Origin: Eledone cirrhosa
Lineage: Eukaryota
NCBI GenBank assembly: GCA_964016885.1
Contig: OZ024740.1
Location: 5,332,001-5,396,000, forward strand
Reading direction: 5' to 3'
Length of the DNA stretch: 64,000 bases
Shown: piece after piece, positions 36,801 through 49,784 of the stretch
Layout: each line of letters opens with the position of its first letter
Numbering within the stretch: position 1 is the stretch's first letter
Made by a program: the position numbers and the translations under genes
The notes under the pieces: generated by a model
What the model was told of the DNA's origin: nothing
What the model saw: the letters and a program-made list of their open reading frames with translations, nothing else
Databases searched by the model: none

Positions 36801-39517
36801 CCACATGTCTTCAGTAGGCCTATCATAGATATAACTACCACATGTCTTCAGTAGGCCTAGCATAGATATAACTACCACATATCTTCAGTAGGCCTAGCAT
36901 AGATATAACTACCACATGTCTTCAGTAGGCCTAGCGTAGATATAAACACCACATGTCTTCAGTTGGACTAGGGTAGATATAACTACCACATGTCTTCAGT
37001 AGGCCTAGCATAGACATAACTACCACATGTGTTCAGTAGGCCTACCATAGATATAAACACCACATGCCTTCAGTAGGCCTAGCATAGAAATAACTACCAC
37101 ATGTCTTCAGTTGGACTAGGGTCGATATAACTACCACATGTCTTCAGCAGGCCTAGCGTAGATATAACTACCACATGTCTTCAGTAGGCCTAGCATAGAT
37201 ATAAACACCACATGTCTTCAGTAGGCCTTGCATAGATATAACTACCACATGTCTTCAGTAGGACTAGCATAGATATAAATACCACATGTCTTCAGTAGGC
37301 CTAGCATAGATATAAACACCACATGTCTTCAGTTGGACTAGTGCAGATATAACTACCACATGTCTTCAGTAGGCCTAGCATAGATATAACTACCACATGT
37401 CTTCATTAGCCCTAGCATAGATATAAACACCACATGTCTTCAGTTGGACTAGGGTAGATATAACTACCACATGTCTTCAGTAGGCCTAGCATAGACATAA
37501 CTACCACATGTCTTCAGCAGGCCTAGCATAGATATAAACACCACATGTCTTCAGTAGGCCTAGCATAGATATAACTATCACATGTTTTCAGTAGGCCTAG
37601 CATAGATATAACTACCACATGTCTTCAGTAGGCCTAGCATAGATATAACTACCACATGTCTTCAGTAGGCCTAGCATAGATATAAACACCACATGTCTTC
37701 AGTTGGACTAGTGTAGATATAACTACCACATGTCTTCAGTAGGCCTAGCATAGATATAACTACCACATGTCTTCCGTAGCCCTAGCATAGATATAAACAC
37801 CACATGTCTTCAGTTGGACTAGTGTAGATATAACTACCACATGTCTTCAGTAGGCCTAGCATAGATATAACTACCACATGTCTTCAGTAGGCCTTGCTGG
37901 AGATATAACTACCACATGTCTTCAGTAGGCCTAGCATAGATATAACTACCACATGTCTTCAGTAGGACTAGCATAGATATAACTACCACATGTCTTCAGT
38001 AGGCCTTGCTGGAGATATAACTACCACATGTCTTCAGTAGGCCTAGCATAGATATAACTACCACATGTCTTCAGTAGGCCTTGCATAGATATAACTACCA
38101 CATGTCTTCAGTAGGACTAGCATAGATATAAACACCATCTGTCTTCAGAAGCCCTAGCATAGATATAAACACCACATGTCTTCAGTTGGACTAGGGTAGA
38201 TATAACTACCACATGTCTTCAGTAGGCCTAGCATAGATATAACTACCACATGTCTTCAGTAGGCCTAGCATAGATATAACTACCACATGTCTTCAGTAGG
38301 ACTAGCATAGATATAACTACCACATGTCTTCAGTAGGCCTTGCTGGAGATATAACTACCACATGTCTTCAGTAGGCCTAGCATAGATATAACTACCACAT
38401 GTCTTCAGTAGGCCTTGCATAGATATAACTACCACATGTCTTCAGTAGGACTAGCATAGATATAAACACCATATGTATTCAGTAGGCCTAGCATAAATAT
38501 AACTACCACATGTCTTCAGTAGACCTTGCATAGATATAACTACCACATGTCTTCAGTAGGACTAGCATAGATATAAACACCATATGTCTTCAGTAGGCCT
38601 AGCATAGATATAACTACCACATGTCTTCAGTAGGCCTAGCATAGATATAAACACCATATGTCTTCAGTAGGCCTAGCATAGATATAACTACCACATGTCT
38701 TCAGTAGGCCTTGCATAGATATAACTACCACATGTCTTCAATAGGCCTAGCATAGATATAACTACCACATGTCATCAGTAGGCCTTCAATAGATATGACT
38801 ACCACATGTCTTCAGTAGGACTAGCATAGATATAACTACCACATGTCTTCAGTAGGACTAGCATAGATATAACTACCACATGTCTTCAGTAGGCCTTGCA
38901 TAGATATAACTACCACATGTCTTCAGTAGGCCTAGCATAGATATAACTACCACATGTCTTCAGTAGGCCTTGCATAGATATAACTACCACATGCCTTCAG
39001 TAGGCCTAGCATAGATATAACTACCACATGTCTTCAGTAGGACTAGCATAGATATAACTACCACATGTCTTCAGTAGGCCTTGCTGGAGATATAACTACC
39101 ACATGTCTTCAGTAGGCCTAGCATAGATATAACTACCACATGTCTTCAGTAGGACTAGCAGAGATATAAACACCATATGTCTTCAGTAGGCCTAGCATAG
39201 ATATAAACACCACATGTCTTCAGTAGGCCTAGCATAGATATAACTACCACATGTCTTCAGTAGGCCTAGCATAGATATAACTACCACATGTCTTCAGTAG
39301 GCCTAGCATAGATATAAACACCACATGTCTTCAGTTGGACTAGTGTAGATATAACTACCACATGTCTTCAGTAGGCCTAGCATAGATATAACTACCACAT
39401 GTCTTCAGTAGGCCTAGCATAGATATAAACACCACATGTCTCCAGTTGGACTAGTGTAGATATAACTACCACATGTCTTCAGTAGAGTTAGTGTAGATAT
39501 AAATACCACATTTTTCA
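30852..39517. repeat. 37-bp satellite array, ~8.7 kb, ~234 units (catgtcttcagtaggcctagcatagatataactacca)
   Basis: 37-nt period, e.g. gtagg at 31561 and 31598. Recurring variants ttggactagtgt, ttggactagggt and aaacacc. Confidence 0.97.
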
Positions 39518-39936
39518 ACTTTACTTTCTCCACTGTTATCCCATTCATAATCCTCCATGTCAACATTATATGCTATAACACTCTCATCCTCTCCCCCCTC
39601 TCCCTCTCTCTCTCTGACTGTTCTACCATTCATATGAGGTTTTCTTTAACCCAACCCTTTGCTCTAGCCATCCAAACAGCTGCCTGTTTTACAGCTATTT
39701 CCACATTTGAGATTCCTACAATTTTATAAAATGACTATAAAGATGCTTTTAAAGAAGAAACAATAGACTTTAAACCTAAGACTATGCAAAAAATATTGTT
39801 TCATATTCCTAATTTCAATCCTTGTTGCCAGTAGGTTTTGCCTGTAAAATCTGCCTAGCAATTCTTTCCTGAGACAATCTAACCACATGTCCATAGTATC
39901 AGAGCTGTGATCTCTCAATTTGGAGAGGTAGCATCT

Positions 39937-40120
39937 CTACCTGGAGTGACTCTCCAATCTCCAAGCTATATCGAGTAATGTTACTCCAAAGACTCTTCGG
40001 AAGAACCACATTTCAGCCGCTTGTATTTGGGATCGTATTCTTTCAGTCATTACCCAAGATTCATGACCATTGGTAAGAATTGGCACAAGTACCAAATCAA
40101 AGACAGCGATTACTGAATGC
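39937..40120 (-). mobile_element. Old RTE-clade fragment of a different family
   Basis: VPILTNGHESWVMTERIRSQIQAAEMWFFRRV.GVTLLD is typical of the RTE/Expander post-RT region. Confidence 0.7.
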
Positions 40121-40276
40121 TGAAGTTGGGGCATTACTGCACCAGATGCAGTTTCAACTGCACCAGTTGCAGTTTCAACTGCAAATAACTGACACTTGCA
40201 CAATGGAATAAGAATAATCTACTTCAGTGGTTTGAATAGTGTTTAGTTTGATTTCTGTAACTATTACTGAATACCT

Positions 40277-41319
40277 GTGGTGCAATAAGTAGCAGCAAGT
40301 GACCACAGAATACTAGCTCATTCCATTGCACAGATGGTTCTATAGAAATAGTGGACACCTTCCGTTGCCTGGGTGATAAAATCAGCAGTGGGGGAGGGTG
40401 CTCTGAAAGTTCAGTAGCTAGAGTCAGAACGGGATGGAAAAAGTTCAGAGAGCTTATACCACTATTGGCCACTAAAGGGTTCTCTCTAAAAATGAAAGGC
40501 AGGCTGTACGATGCCTGCATACGAACAGCAATGTTACATGGCAGTGAGACCTGGGCATTGTGTGCAGAGGATATACGCAGACTGGAGAGGAACAAAGCTT
40601 GCATGCTCCGCTGGATGTGTAATAGTAACATACGTGAACGGCAAAGCATAAACGAACTAAGGGAGAAATTAGGAATAAGAGGGATCAGATGTTGTTTACT
40701 CGAGAGAATACTACGTTGGTATGGTCACGTGATGCGCATGAAAGACGACAGCTGTATAAAAAAGTGCAGAGCAATAAAAATAGACGGTAGCCACGGAGTA
40801 GGCAGACCCAGAAAAACCTGGGACGACTTGATAAATTCCGACCTCACAAACTTACACCTCTCCAAGGCAATGTCACTGGACCGAGAGCTTTGGCGCTACA
40901 CAGTAATAGAGAGGACCCGCCTTACCTAAGTACAAAGTGAAACCTACTACAGTCAGTAGGCACCTCTAACAAAATACACACCGTCCCCCCCCCCCCACCC
41001 CACCCCATCCACACCACCCCTTCAATGTAAAGTTATGTTGGTGTCACAACATCCAGCCCGAAACAAATGAGGTCGTGTAGGTGTCACGACAAAAAAACAC
41101 ACAGTCCACGCTGTAATGTGGCCGTGTAGGTAACACGGTAAAAACCTCCCAGCCCCACACTGTAAATGTGGTTGGTGTTAGGAAGGGCATCCAGCCGTAG
41201 AAAACCCGCCAGACAGTCCTATACGAGCAAGACAACCACTCTTGCCTCAAGTGGGAAAACCCCCGTCCAAACCCATGCAAGCGTGGAATATGGACGTTAA
41301 ACGATGATGATGATGATGA
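40277..41319 (+). mobile_element. RTE 3' fragment (subfamily A)
   Basis: 192-aa ORF WKKFRELIPLL..MLHGSETW..WYGHVMR..GRPRKTW; (GAT)n tail. Confidence 0.92.
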
Positions 41320-41415
41320 CCTCAGACATTAGTTATTATACATACACACACACACATACACACATTCACACGCATACACTTACACACACATACACACATA
41401 CAGACACACATACAC

Positions 41416-41446
<31 letters not shown>

Positions 41447-41516
41447 TATATATATACTATATTATATATTATGAAATACTGTTGGCTTCTTGCTCACAAT
41501 AATTTCTATACTTTTC

Positions 41517-41587
<71 letters not shown>

Positions 41588-41817
41588 GTATTTAGCTGCA
41601 ACTTCAATTTTACTCACTATCATTGTTATATATATATTTATATACTGTATATCCTATGCAAGCATTTAAAAAGACATTAAACAGGGATGACGGTGATGAT
41701 GATGTTTTGTATGTATATATATACATACACACACATATATGTATGTATGAATATATAAATATATATATGTGTGTGTGTGTTTGTGTGTGTGTATGCATAT
41801 ATATATATATGCTTACT

Positions 41818-42250
41818 CTGAGTGGGGAGACCCAAGACGACCTTACGCAATTTCACCTCTCAAAGGCGATGACACACAACCATGACCTCTGGCATAATGC
41901 AGTAATACAGAAGACCCGACACCCCCACCTCAGGTACAAGCCAAAGCTGAAGCATATAGACAATATGCCCCCACACCCTCCCACTGCAAAGTGGTCATGT
42001 AGGTGCCACAGCAAAAAAGCAACCAGCCCACACTGTAAAGTGGACGTGTAGGCGCCACGAAAAAAAAGCACCCAGCACTCACTGTAAATGAGGTTGGTGT
42101 TAGGAAGGGCATCCAGCTGTAGAAATCAAGCCAGAATCAGTTCCCGTATGAGCAAGACAAGGTCAGCCAACTGGACACTGCCCACAACAGGACAACCCGT
42201 GTAACCCATGCTAGCGTGGAAGAAAATGGACTAAAACGGTGATGATGATA
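41818..42250 (+). mobile_element. RTE 3' fragment (subfamily B)
   Basis: Shared 3'UTR; (GAT)n tail. Confidence 0.87.
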
Positions 42251-42505
42251 TATATATATGTGATATAATGTGTTTGTGTACCAGCAGAATGCCCTGAACA
42301 GTCCATGTTGAAAAGTAGGTGTAAATGAAGGAATATTCTGTTTATTTGATTTTTCTTGAAAAGTTAGAGATGAATGGTTTTGCCAAACGTCTATACCATT
42401 CTAGTACCTAATCTACAACAGATATATATTCAACATGAATACCATAGAGAGGACAGCTGTACTAACACTGTTAGTTTGGCTCTTTCTCTATCATTATTTC
42501 TTTGA

Positions 42506-42892
42506 GGGCGGTGAATTGGCAGTATCGATAGAGGGTCGGACATGCTTTCCATCATAGTTACGTCCCTTTATGATCTGAGTTCAAATCCCGCCGAGGTTAA
42601 CTTTGCCTTTCATCCATACAGAGGTCGATAAAATAAAGTACCAGTAATGTACTGGGTAATTGCTGGCCTTGTGCCAAAAGTAGAAACAATTATTTCTTTG
42701 TTTTTTGGCAGTATCGGTAGAGGGTTGGACGCCATGCATTGACACATAGAGTTACGGCCCTTGCCATTCTGAGTTCAAATCCCGCTGAGGTTAACTTTGC
42801 CTTTCATCCTTACAGTTGATAAAATAAAGTACCAGTAATGTACTGGGTAATTGCTGGCTTTGTGCCAAAACTAGAATCAATTAATTCTTTGT
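42506..42892 (+). mobile_element. Tandem pair of MetaSINE-like SINEs (42506-~42690; ~42706-42885)
   Basis: Two B boxes gagttcaaatccc and two cores; attatttctttg flanks the first copy (TSD-like). Confidence 0.8.
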
Positions 42893-43539
42893 TTTTGTTC
42901 TTATTCTTGCCCTGTCCCAATAAAGATTAGTTAACTAAATCTATTATGTTCATACCATCTGATGATGTTGCTGATTGTTTTGCATCATGCTCTGATGATG
43001 TAGATTGACCAACCACAGAAATATGTATCAAGCAATAATAAGTTACTAGAATCTGGCCTTCTCATTATTTTCCTTGAAGTATTTAACTCCATTTCTGTCT
43101 CACCCATCAGATACCATATGTACGATGGATGATATACATGACATTGAGTGCTTTTCCTTATTACACTATGATCTGCTGATCAGAATGGCTGAATCAGAAA
43201 CCTAATAGTTAAACCATACAATGTAAAGAAAATATAAATAGTATAGTATAAGCAGCAGAGAGCTAATTAATGTGTATTAATGGAGAGGATTAATTAACTT
43301 AAAACTAATACTGAGTGTAATATTTTATCTTTTTACTTGAATTATTTTAATTCTTAAAAAAATTAGTCGACACCGGATTGTCAGGCATTCTTCTTCTTCT
43401 TCTTCTTCTTCTTCTCCTCCATCTTTTTCTTCTCCTCTCCTCTACTACTTCCTCCTCCCCCCACATGCCCCCTCTTCTTTCTTCAACCCAGCACACCACA
43501 TCATCCCCACCCCTCCTCTAACTTATATGTGAATAACTA

Positions 43540-45031
43540 ACATATTAAGAACTGGCCAGAGATACTATATGAAACAGCCAGGAAATGACATATTAAGAAC
43601 TGGCCAGAGATACTATATGAAACAGCCAGGAAATGACATATTAAGAACTGGCCAGAGATACTATATGAAACAGCCAGGAAATGACATACTAAGAACTGGC
43701 CAGAGATACTATATGAAACAGCCAGGAAATGACATACTAAGAACTGGCCAGAGATACTATATGAAACAGCCAGGAAATGTCATATTAAGAACTGGCCAGA
43801 AATACTATATGAAACAGCCAGGAAATGACATATAAAGAACTGGCCAGAAATACTATATGTAACAGCCAGGAAATGACATATTAAGAACTGGCCAGAAATA
43901 CTATATGAAACAGCCAGGAAATGACATATTAAGAACTGGCCAGAAATACTATATGAAACAGCCAGGAAATGACATATTAAGAACTGGCCAGAAATACTAT
44001 ATGAAACAGCCGGGAAATGACATATAAAGAACTGGCCAGAAATACTATATGAAACAGCCGGGAAATGACATATAAAGAACTGGCCAGAAATACAATATGA
44101 AACAGCCGGGAAATGACATATTAAGAACTGGCCAGAAATACTATATGAAACAGTCGGGAAATGACATATAAAGAACTGGCCAGAAATACAATATGAAACA
44201 GCCGGGAAATGACATATTAAGAACTGGCCAGAAATACTATATGAAACAGCCAGGAAATGACATATTAAGAACTGGCCAGAAATACTATATGAAACAGCCG
44301 GGAAATGACATATTAAGAACTGGCCAGAAATACTATATGAAACAGCCGGGAAATGACATATAAAGAACTGGCCAGAAATACTATATGAAACAGCCGGGAA
44401 ATGACATATAAAGAACTGGCCAGAAATACTATATGAAACAGCCGGGAAATGACATATAAAGAACTGGCCAGAAATACTATATGAAACAGCCGGGAAATGA
44501 CATATAAAGAACTGGCCAGAAATACTATATGAAACAGCCAGGAAATGACATATTAAGAACTGGCCAGAAATACTATATGAAACAGCCAGGAAATGACATA
44601 TTAAGAACTGGCCAGAAATGCTATATGAAACAGCCAGGAAATGACATATTAAGAACTGGCCAGAAATACTATATGAAACAGCCGGGAAATGACATATAAA
44701 GAACTGGCCAGAAATGCTATATGAAACAGCCAGGAAATGACATATTAAGAACTGGCCAGAAATACTATATGAAACAGCCAGGAAATGACATATAAAGAAC
44801 TGGCCAGAAATACTATATGAAACAGCCAGGAAATGACATATTAAGAACTGGCCAGAAATACTATATGAAACAGCCAGGAAATGACATATTAAGAACTGGC
44901 CAGAAATACTATATGAAACAGCCAGGAAATGACATATAAAGAACTGGCCAGAAATGCTATATGAAACAGCCAGGAAATGACATATTAAGAACTGGCCAGA
45001 AATACTATATGAAACAGCCAGGAAATGACAT
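43540..45031. repeat. 48-bp minisatellite, ~31 copies
   Basis: acatattaagaactggccagaaatactatatgaaacagccaggaaatg repeated. Confidence 0.96.
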
Positions 45032-45302
45032 CAGAATAGGATGAATACCAGTTTTACAACTTCTAGATTTGTGATGATTATATCATAAAGAAATATCAAC
45101 AGTCCCCCAGGACTGAGCAGGTTGGTAGGGTTTACCAGTAGAGACATAAAGAAAAAGATATGGGAAGCTTCCCATCTTTTAGTGTCCCAAATGAAATTAG
45201 ACATGAGCAAAGTAAGTTTCTTATTCAACTGTTTTGTTGCCATCAGAAGATGTTCGCATTTTGCAGCAAAGATGTTGTAAGTGTGAACAGGTTTTCCATG
45301 GT

Positions 45303-45303
<1 letters not shown>

Positions 45304-45336
<33 letters not shown>

Positions 45337-45980
45337 TAACGTTCATTTTCCCCACTAGCATGGGTTAGACGGGTTGTCCCATTAGAGGCAAGTTGGGTTA
45401 GGTGACCGTGTCTTGCTCATATAGGACTGTTTCTGGCTAGATTTCTACAGCTGGATGCCCTTCCTAATGCCAACTACATTTACAGTGTGTGCTTGGTCAT
45501 TTTTGTCATGACACCTACATGACCACTATACAGTGTGGACTGGGTGCTTTTTGTCATGACACCTACATGACCACTATACAGTGTGGGCCAGGTGCTTTTT
45601 GTTGTGACACCTACATGACCACTATACAGTGTGGGCCAGGTGCTTTTTGTCATGACACCTACATGACCACTATACAGTGTGGACCAGGTGCTTTTTGTTG
45701 TGACACCTACATGACCACTATACAGTGTGGGCCAGGTGCTTTTTGTTGTGACACCTATATGACCACTATACAGTGTGGGCCAGGTGCTTTTTGTTGTGAC
45801 ATCTATATGACCACTATACAGTGTGGACTGGGTGATTTTTGTTGTGACATCTATATGACCACTATACAGTGTGGACTGGGTGATTTTTGTGCTACCAACA
45901 TAACTTTACAGTGTAAGAGTGGTGTGGGCAGAAGTAGGAGGGTGATAAAGGGGGTATAGAGGTTAAGTGGTGCCTACTAG
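45304..45980 (-). mobile_element. RTE 3'UTR carrying an expanded 48-bp internal repeat (~8 copies, 45481-45890)
   Basis: (CAT)n tail, ctggatgcccttcctaa, then tacagtgtgggccaggtgctttttgttgtgacacctacatgaccacta units. Confidence 0.82.
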
Positions 45981-46014
45981 ATGAATGTTTGGTGGAAACC
46001 TAATTAATCTAAAA

Positions 46015-46220
46015 CCAACTGGCAGGTGACCCAGGGGCAGACCCCGAGAAAGATGGTTGGATAACATCCATGAGCTTGGCTGGTCTCACTTTAGGATCCA
46101 GTCGGATCAGTTGGAGACAGTTGCTTATGACAGGACCCACTAGAAGGGAGTGTTTGAGGACTCTTCCCCCATGACCTTCTCAAGAAGAAGAAGAAGAAGA
46201 AGAAGAAGAAGAAGAAGAAG
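46015..46220 (+). mobile_element. RTE/Expander-type 3' end with (GAA)n tail
   Basis: PRGRPRERWLDNIHELGWSH..LETVAYDR read manually, then (AAG)n. Confidence 0.6.
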
Positions 46221-46356
46221 AGTATCTAAGTGAAGTTACAGAATATATCAATATTTAAACAAAGCATGCTGATCGACAGTTAAGATAAATTGAAATAATA
46301 GGAGATAGAAAGAGTGAGAAAGAAGAAAGCATGAGAAAAGGAAAGTGAAAGAATGA

Positions 46357-46420
<64 letters not shown>

Positions 46421-46461
46421 AAGAGAGGGATAGAGAGAGAGATAGTAGAATGTTGTAATAA

Positions 46462-46521
<60 letters not shown>

Positions 46522-46534
46522 TAGAATGTTGTAA

Positions 46535-46724
46535 ATAATTGTTTCTACTTTTTGGCACAAGGCCAGCAAATACCCAGTACATTACTGGTACTTTATTTTA
46601 TCGACCCCATAAGGATGAAAGGCAAAGTTAACCTCGGCGGGATTTGAACTCAGAATGGCAAGGACCGTAACTCTATACGTCAAAGCATGGAGTCCGACCC
46701 TCTACCAATACTGCCACTCCCCCG
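46535..46724 (-). mobile_element. MetaSINE-like tRNA SINE inserted in an (AG)n compound repeat
   Basis: Reverse complement of the 42506 family; tgttgtaa repeated on both flanks. Confidence 0.8.
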
Positions 46725-46736
46725 TTGTTGTAATAA

Positions 46737-46774
<38 letters not shown>

Positions 46775-46786
46775 ATGTTGTAATAA

Positions 46787-46842
<56 letters not shown>

Positions 46843-46854
46843 ATGTTGTAATAA

Positions 46855-46892
<38 letters not shown>

Positions 46893-46904
46893 ATGTTGTA
46901 ATAA

Positions 46905-46935
<31 letters not shown>

Positions 46936-46950
46936 AGAATGTTGTAATAA

Positions 46951-46989
<39 letters not shown>

Positions 46990-48728
46990 GAGAGAGAGAG
47001 AGAAGAATGTTGTAATAATGTGAGTATCAGTAAATCAGTAAGAAGTTAAAAGAAGGGTGAACATAAAAGGAAATGACAGGAGCAGTGGGAAGTTTGTAAT
47101 TGTAAGACAGTTTTTCTGTGGCATTATTAATGCCTTTTAATATTATGAGGTCGATAATATAATTCCAACTACTCGTTGATATTATTGACTGTTTACTCCT
47201 ACCAAAATTTCTCACTTTCTGCTCTGTATAAAAGTAAAATAAGCAGATTTTTAATTGTTAAAGAGAAACAAAACTTAGAGACTGGCAGTTAAAATGGGAA
47301 TAGAAGAGTAAGAAATAGAGGAGAGATAGGCAGTAAAAGAGAATGGAAAGATATTGAATGATAGAGAAAGAGAGAGAGAGGGGGAGGAGAGAGAGAGAGG
47401 GGAGTCCGTAAGAAGTAGAGTACTGAAATACTGATTCAGCATTGTGGTGGTACCAGAATAGCAGGTGATATACAGGTGATATATATAATAACAGGTGATA
47501 TACAAAAGAAAGACAGAGAGGAAATGAAAGTGTGATAAGGCGTAGGAAAGGATTCTTGCAGCATTATGGAGGGGAATGTGAAATATACACACAGACGAAC
47601 ATTTGAAAATATATATAATCGATTATGACCCTGTTTTCCAAGAGTTTTTAATATATTTGAAAAAAAACAAACAAAAAAAATCCACTTAACCAGATATTTA
47701 ATACAATATATATTTAGTTTAATGTTTCAAGTAAAGGTTAAAGCATAATTTATTTTCACATAATGAATATAAATTGAATATCAGCAACATTCAACTTTTG
47801 ATGTAAACCTTGAAAACACCCCAACCAGCCATCAAACTCATGACATAATTATGTTCCCCGCAGATAATATAGAAATAAGAAGAAAGAAAATCGAAATCTG
47901 ACCATTATGAGGTTGAAAACCATAACATTTCTGTTATTAGAAGGATTCTCTAATTAATTGAACTAACTGGAATTTAGTTGTTTTGAATCTAATAGATGGG
48001 CTGCACACATGGATAAACATTTAGAAATATACAATAGATATGTAAGTGTTTGATGTTGGAAAAGAAATCAGAAAGAGAAGGTTAACTGTGCAAAAAATAG
48101 TTAACATATGCCTGTGTAGCTGCTAATTTTGTGTTGGCAACCTTTTCCAAGAGGCGAGTGTAAATTTATCTGCATTAAGACATCTGCCAAAGATATCATA
48201 CTTGATATTATGATAATTTTTCAAAGTCTTCAATATATTGAGTTTGTGTGATCTCTTGGTTAAACAAAGACTCTAATTCCTAGATGCATGGCCTAGATAT
48301 ATATACAAAGGCATCCATTTGATGGTGTAGATTTTACTTTCCTCCCTCAATTTTCAGATGTGTTTTACCAAGGCCATCATAATTTACTTGTTTGAATTTC
48401 TGAAAAATGTTTGACAATTATAAAATCTTTGTTTGACTTTCTTTTTGCTTGGAAATTACAAAATCTTTGTTTGAATTTGCCCTCAACCAAGCCTATGTAT
48501 ACTTTCTGCGATTTGATTTGACAAAGTTTAAGTAACTCCAGCCTCATAAACAATAAATTCTACGTTGCACATATGGCTTAATGTTTGTCCTGGTGATTTC
48601 TTATGAATGAAGCAGTTCTAGTCCTGTAGAAATCATTTCTATAATAAAATAAAGATGCCTATACTCTACTAACGTTTAGAGTACCTTTTTAACTGTGGTC
48701 AGCTCCCATTGTACTTTGGGAATCCACT

Positions 48729-49096
48729 ATATATATATGTATATATGTGTGTGTATGTGTGTATATGTGTATGTATGTGTGTATGTACATGTGTGTGTGT
48801 GAGTATGTGTGTGCATGTGTGAGTGTGTGTGTGTGTCTGTGTGCATGTGTGTGTGCATGTATGTGTGAGAGTGCATGGTGTGTGTGTGTGCATGTATGTG
48901 TGAGAGTGCATGGTGTGTGTGTGTGCATGTATGGGTGAGAGTGCATGGTGTGTGTGTGCATGTATGTGTGAGTGCATGGTGTGTGCATGTGTGCATGTGT
49001 GTGTGAGAGTGCATGGTGTGTGTGTGTGTGTGTGTGTGAGTGTGTGTGTGTGTGTGAGTGTGTATGAGTGTGTGAGTGTGCATGGTCTGTGTGTGT
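48729..49096. repeat. (TG)n-rich microsatellite
   Basis: Direct reading. Confidence 0.9.
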
Positions 49097-49234
49097 AGAG
49101 CTTTAACACCTGATCAAATTACAAGAATGACATATGATATATGAGTTTGGTATTTTAAATCTAGTGGAACAGATTCCTCCCTGTGTTTGACCAAAACTGA
49201 TTTATTCCAGAGGAGTGGCAAGAATTAGAGAAAG

Positions 49235-49370
49235 AGACATAGATGAAGAATTGACCCCAATACTGGACTAGACTTCTTTTTATGGACCCTAGTAGGATGA
49301 AATGCAAAGCTGATATTGGTGGGATTTGAACTCAGAGCTCTAAAAGCCACAAAGCATTCTATCCAATTAA
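49235..49370 (-). mobile_element. Degenerate MetaSINE-like fragment
   Basis: ggatgaaatgcaaagctga..gggatttgaactcag. Confidence 0.55.
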
Positions 49371-49407
49371 GCACAATATATATTTTTGTATTTGTTTTGC
49401 AAGATTT

Positions 49408-49606
49408 TGATGGTGTAGGACAGGACAGAGGAGAGGCATAAAATAACAACAAAAGTAGTCATTGAGGCGGTCACAGAATGTGTGACAAAAGAACTTCACA
49501 GTCAACAACAACTAAATTAATCAACTAGGAGTTTATAATAAATTGAAGTAAAATACAACAGGTGCATATGTTTTTATTGGGAGCATGACACTACCAAAGT
49601 ATAACC
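49408..49606 (+). mobile_element. Penelope-like pLTR fragment (same family as 10140-10390)
   Basis: gatggtgtaggacag..ggtcacagaatgtgtgac..aattgaagt..ccaaagtataac matches 10140-10385. Confidence 0.7.
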
Positions 49607-49784
49607 ATATATACATATATGTGTATATTGTAAAGAACCAGAACCAATAACACAATGCCTTCTTATCCAACACTCTACTAAGTATCAAGTACTCTCTTGA
49701 GTAATGGCCCAACCAGTTTCAAACTGAATCCATCCTGATCTTTCTCTCCCTCTCTCTCTATATATCTATATCTATCTATCTATC

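Noticed and set aside
30852-39517. CRISPR-like array (37-bp repeats)
   Set aside because: Units are contiguous with no unique spacers and there are no cas genes; this is a eukaryotic satellite.
42506-42600. tRNA gene (A/B boxes)
   Set aside because: No cloverleaf, followed by a SINE core and present in many copies: a SINE head.
43569-43835. 16-aa repeat protein MKQPGNDILRTGQRYY
   Set aside because: Many 48-bp units carry an in-frame TAA (atataaaga variant); no splice support.
45067-45212. Possible + strand exon (ICDDYIIKKYQQSPRTEQ...)
   Set aside because: In-frame stop before the strong donor, weak alternative donor and no recognisable homology.
46445-47023. Constant agaatgttgtaataatgtg repeat with variable-length spacers
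   Set aside because: The spacers are only (AG)n/(TG)n of varying length: a compound microsatellite, not a repeat-spacer array.
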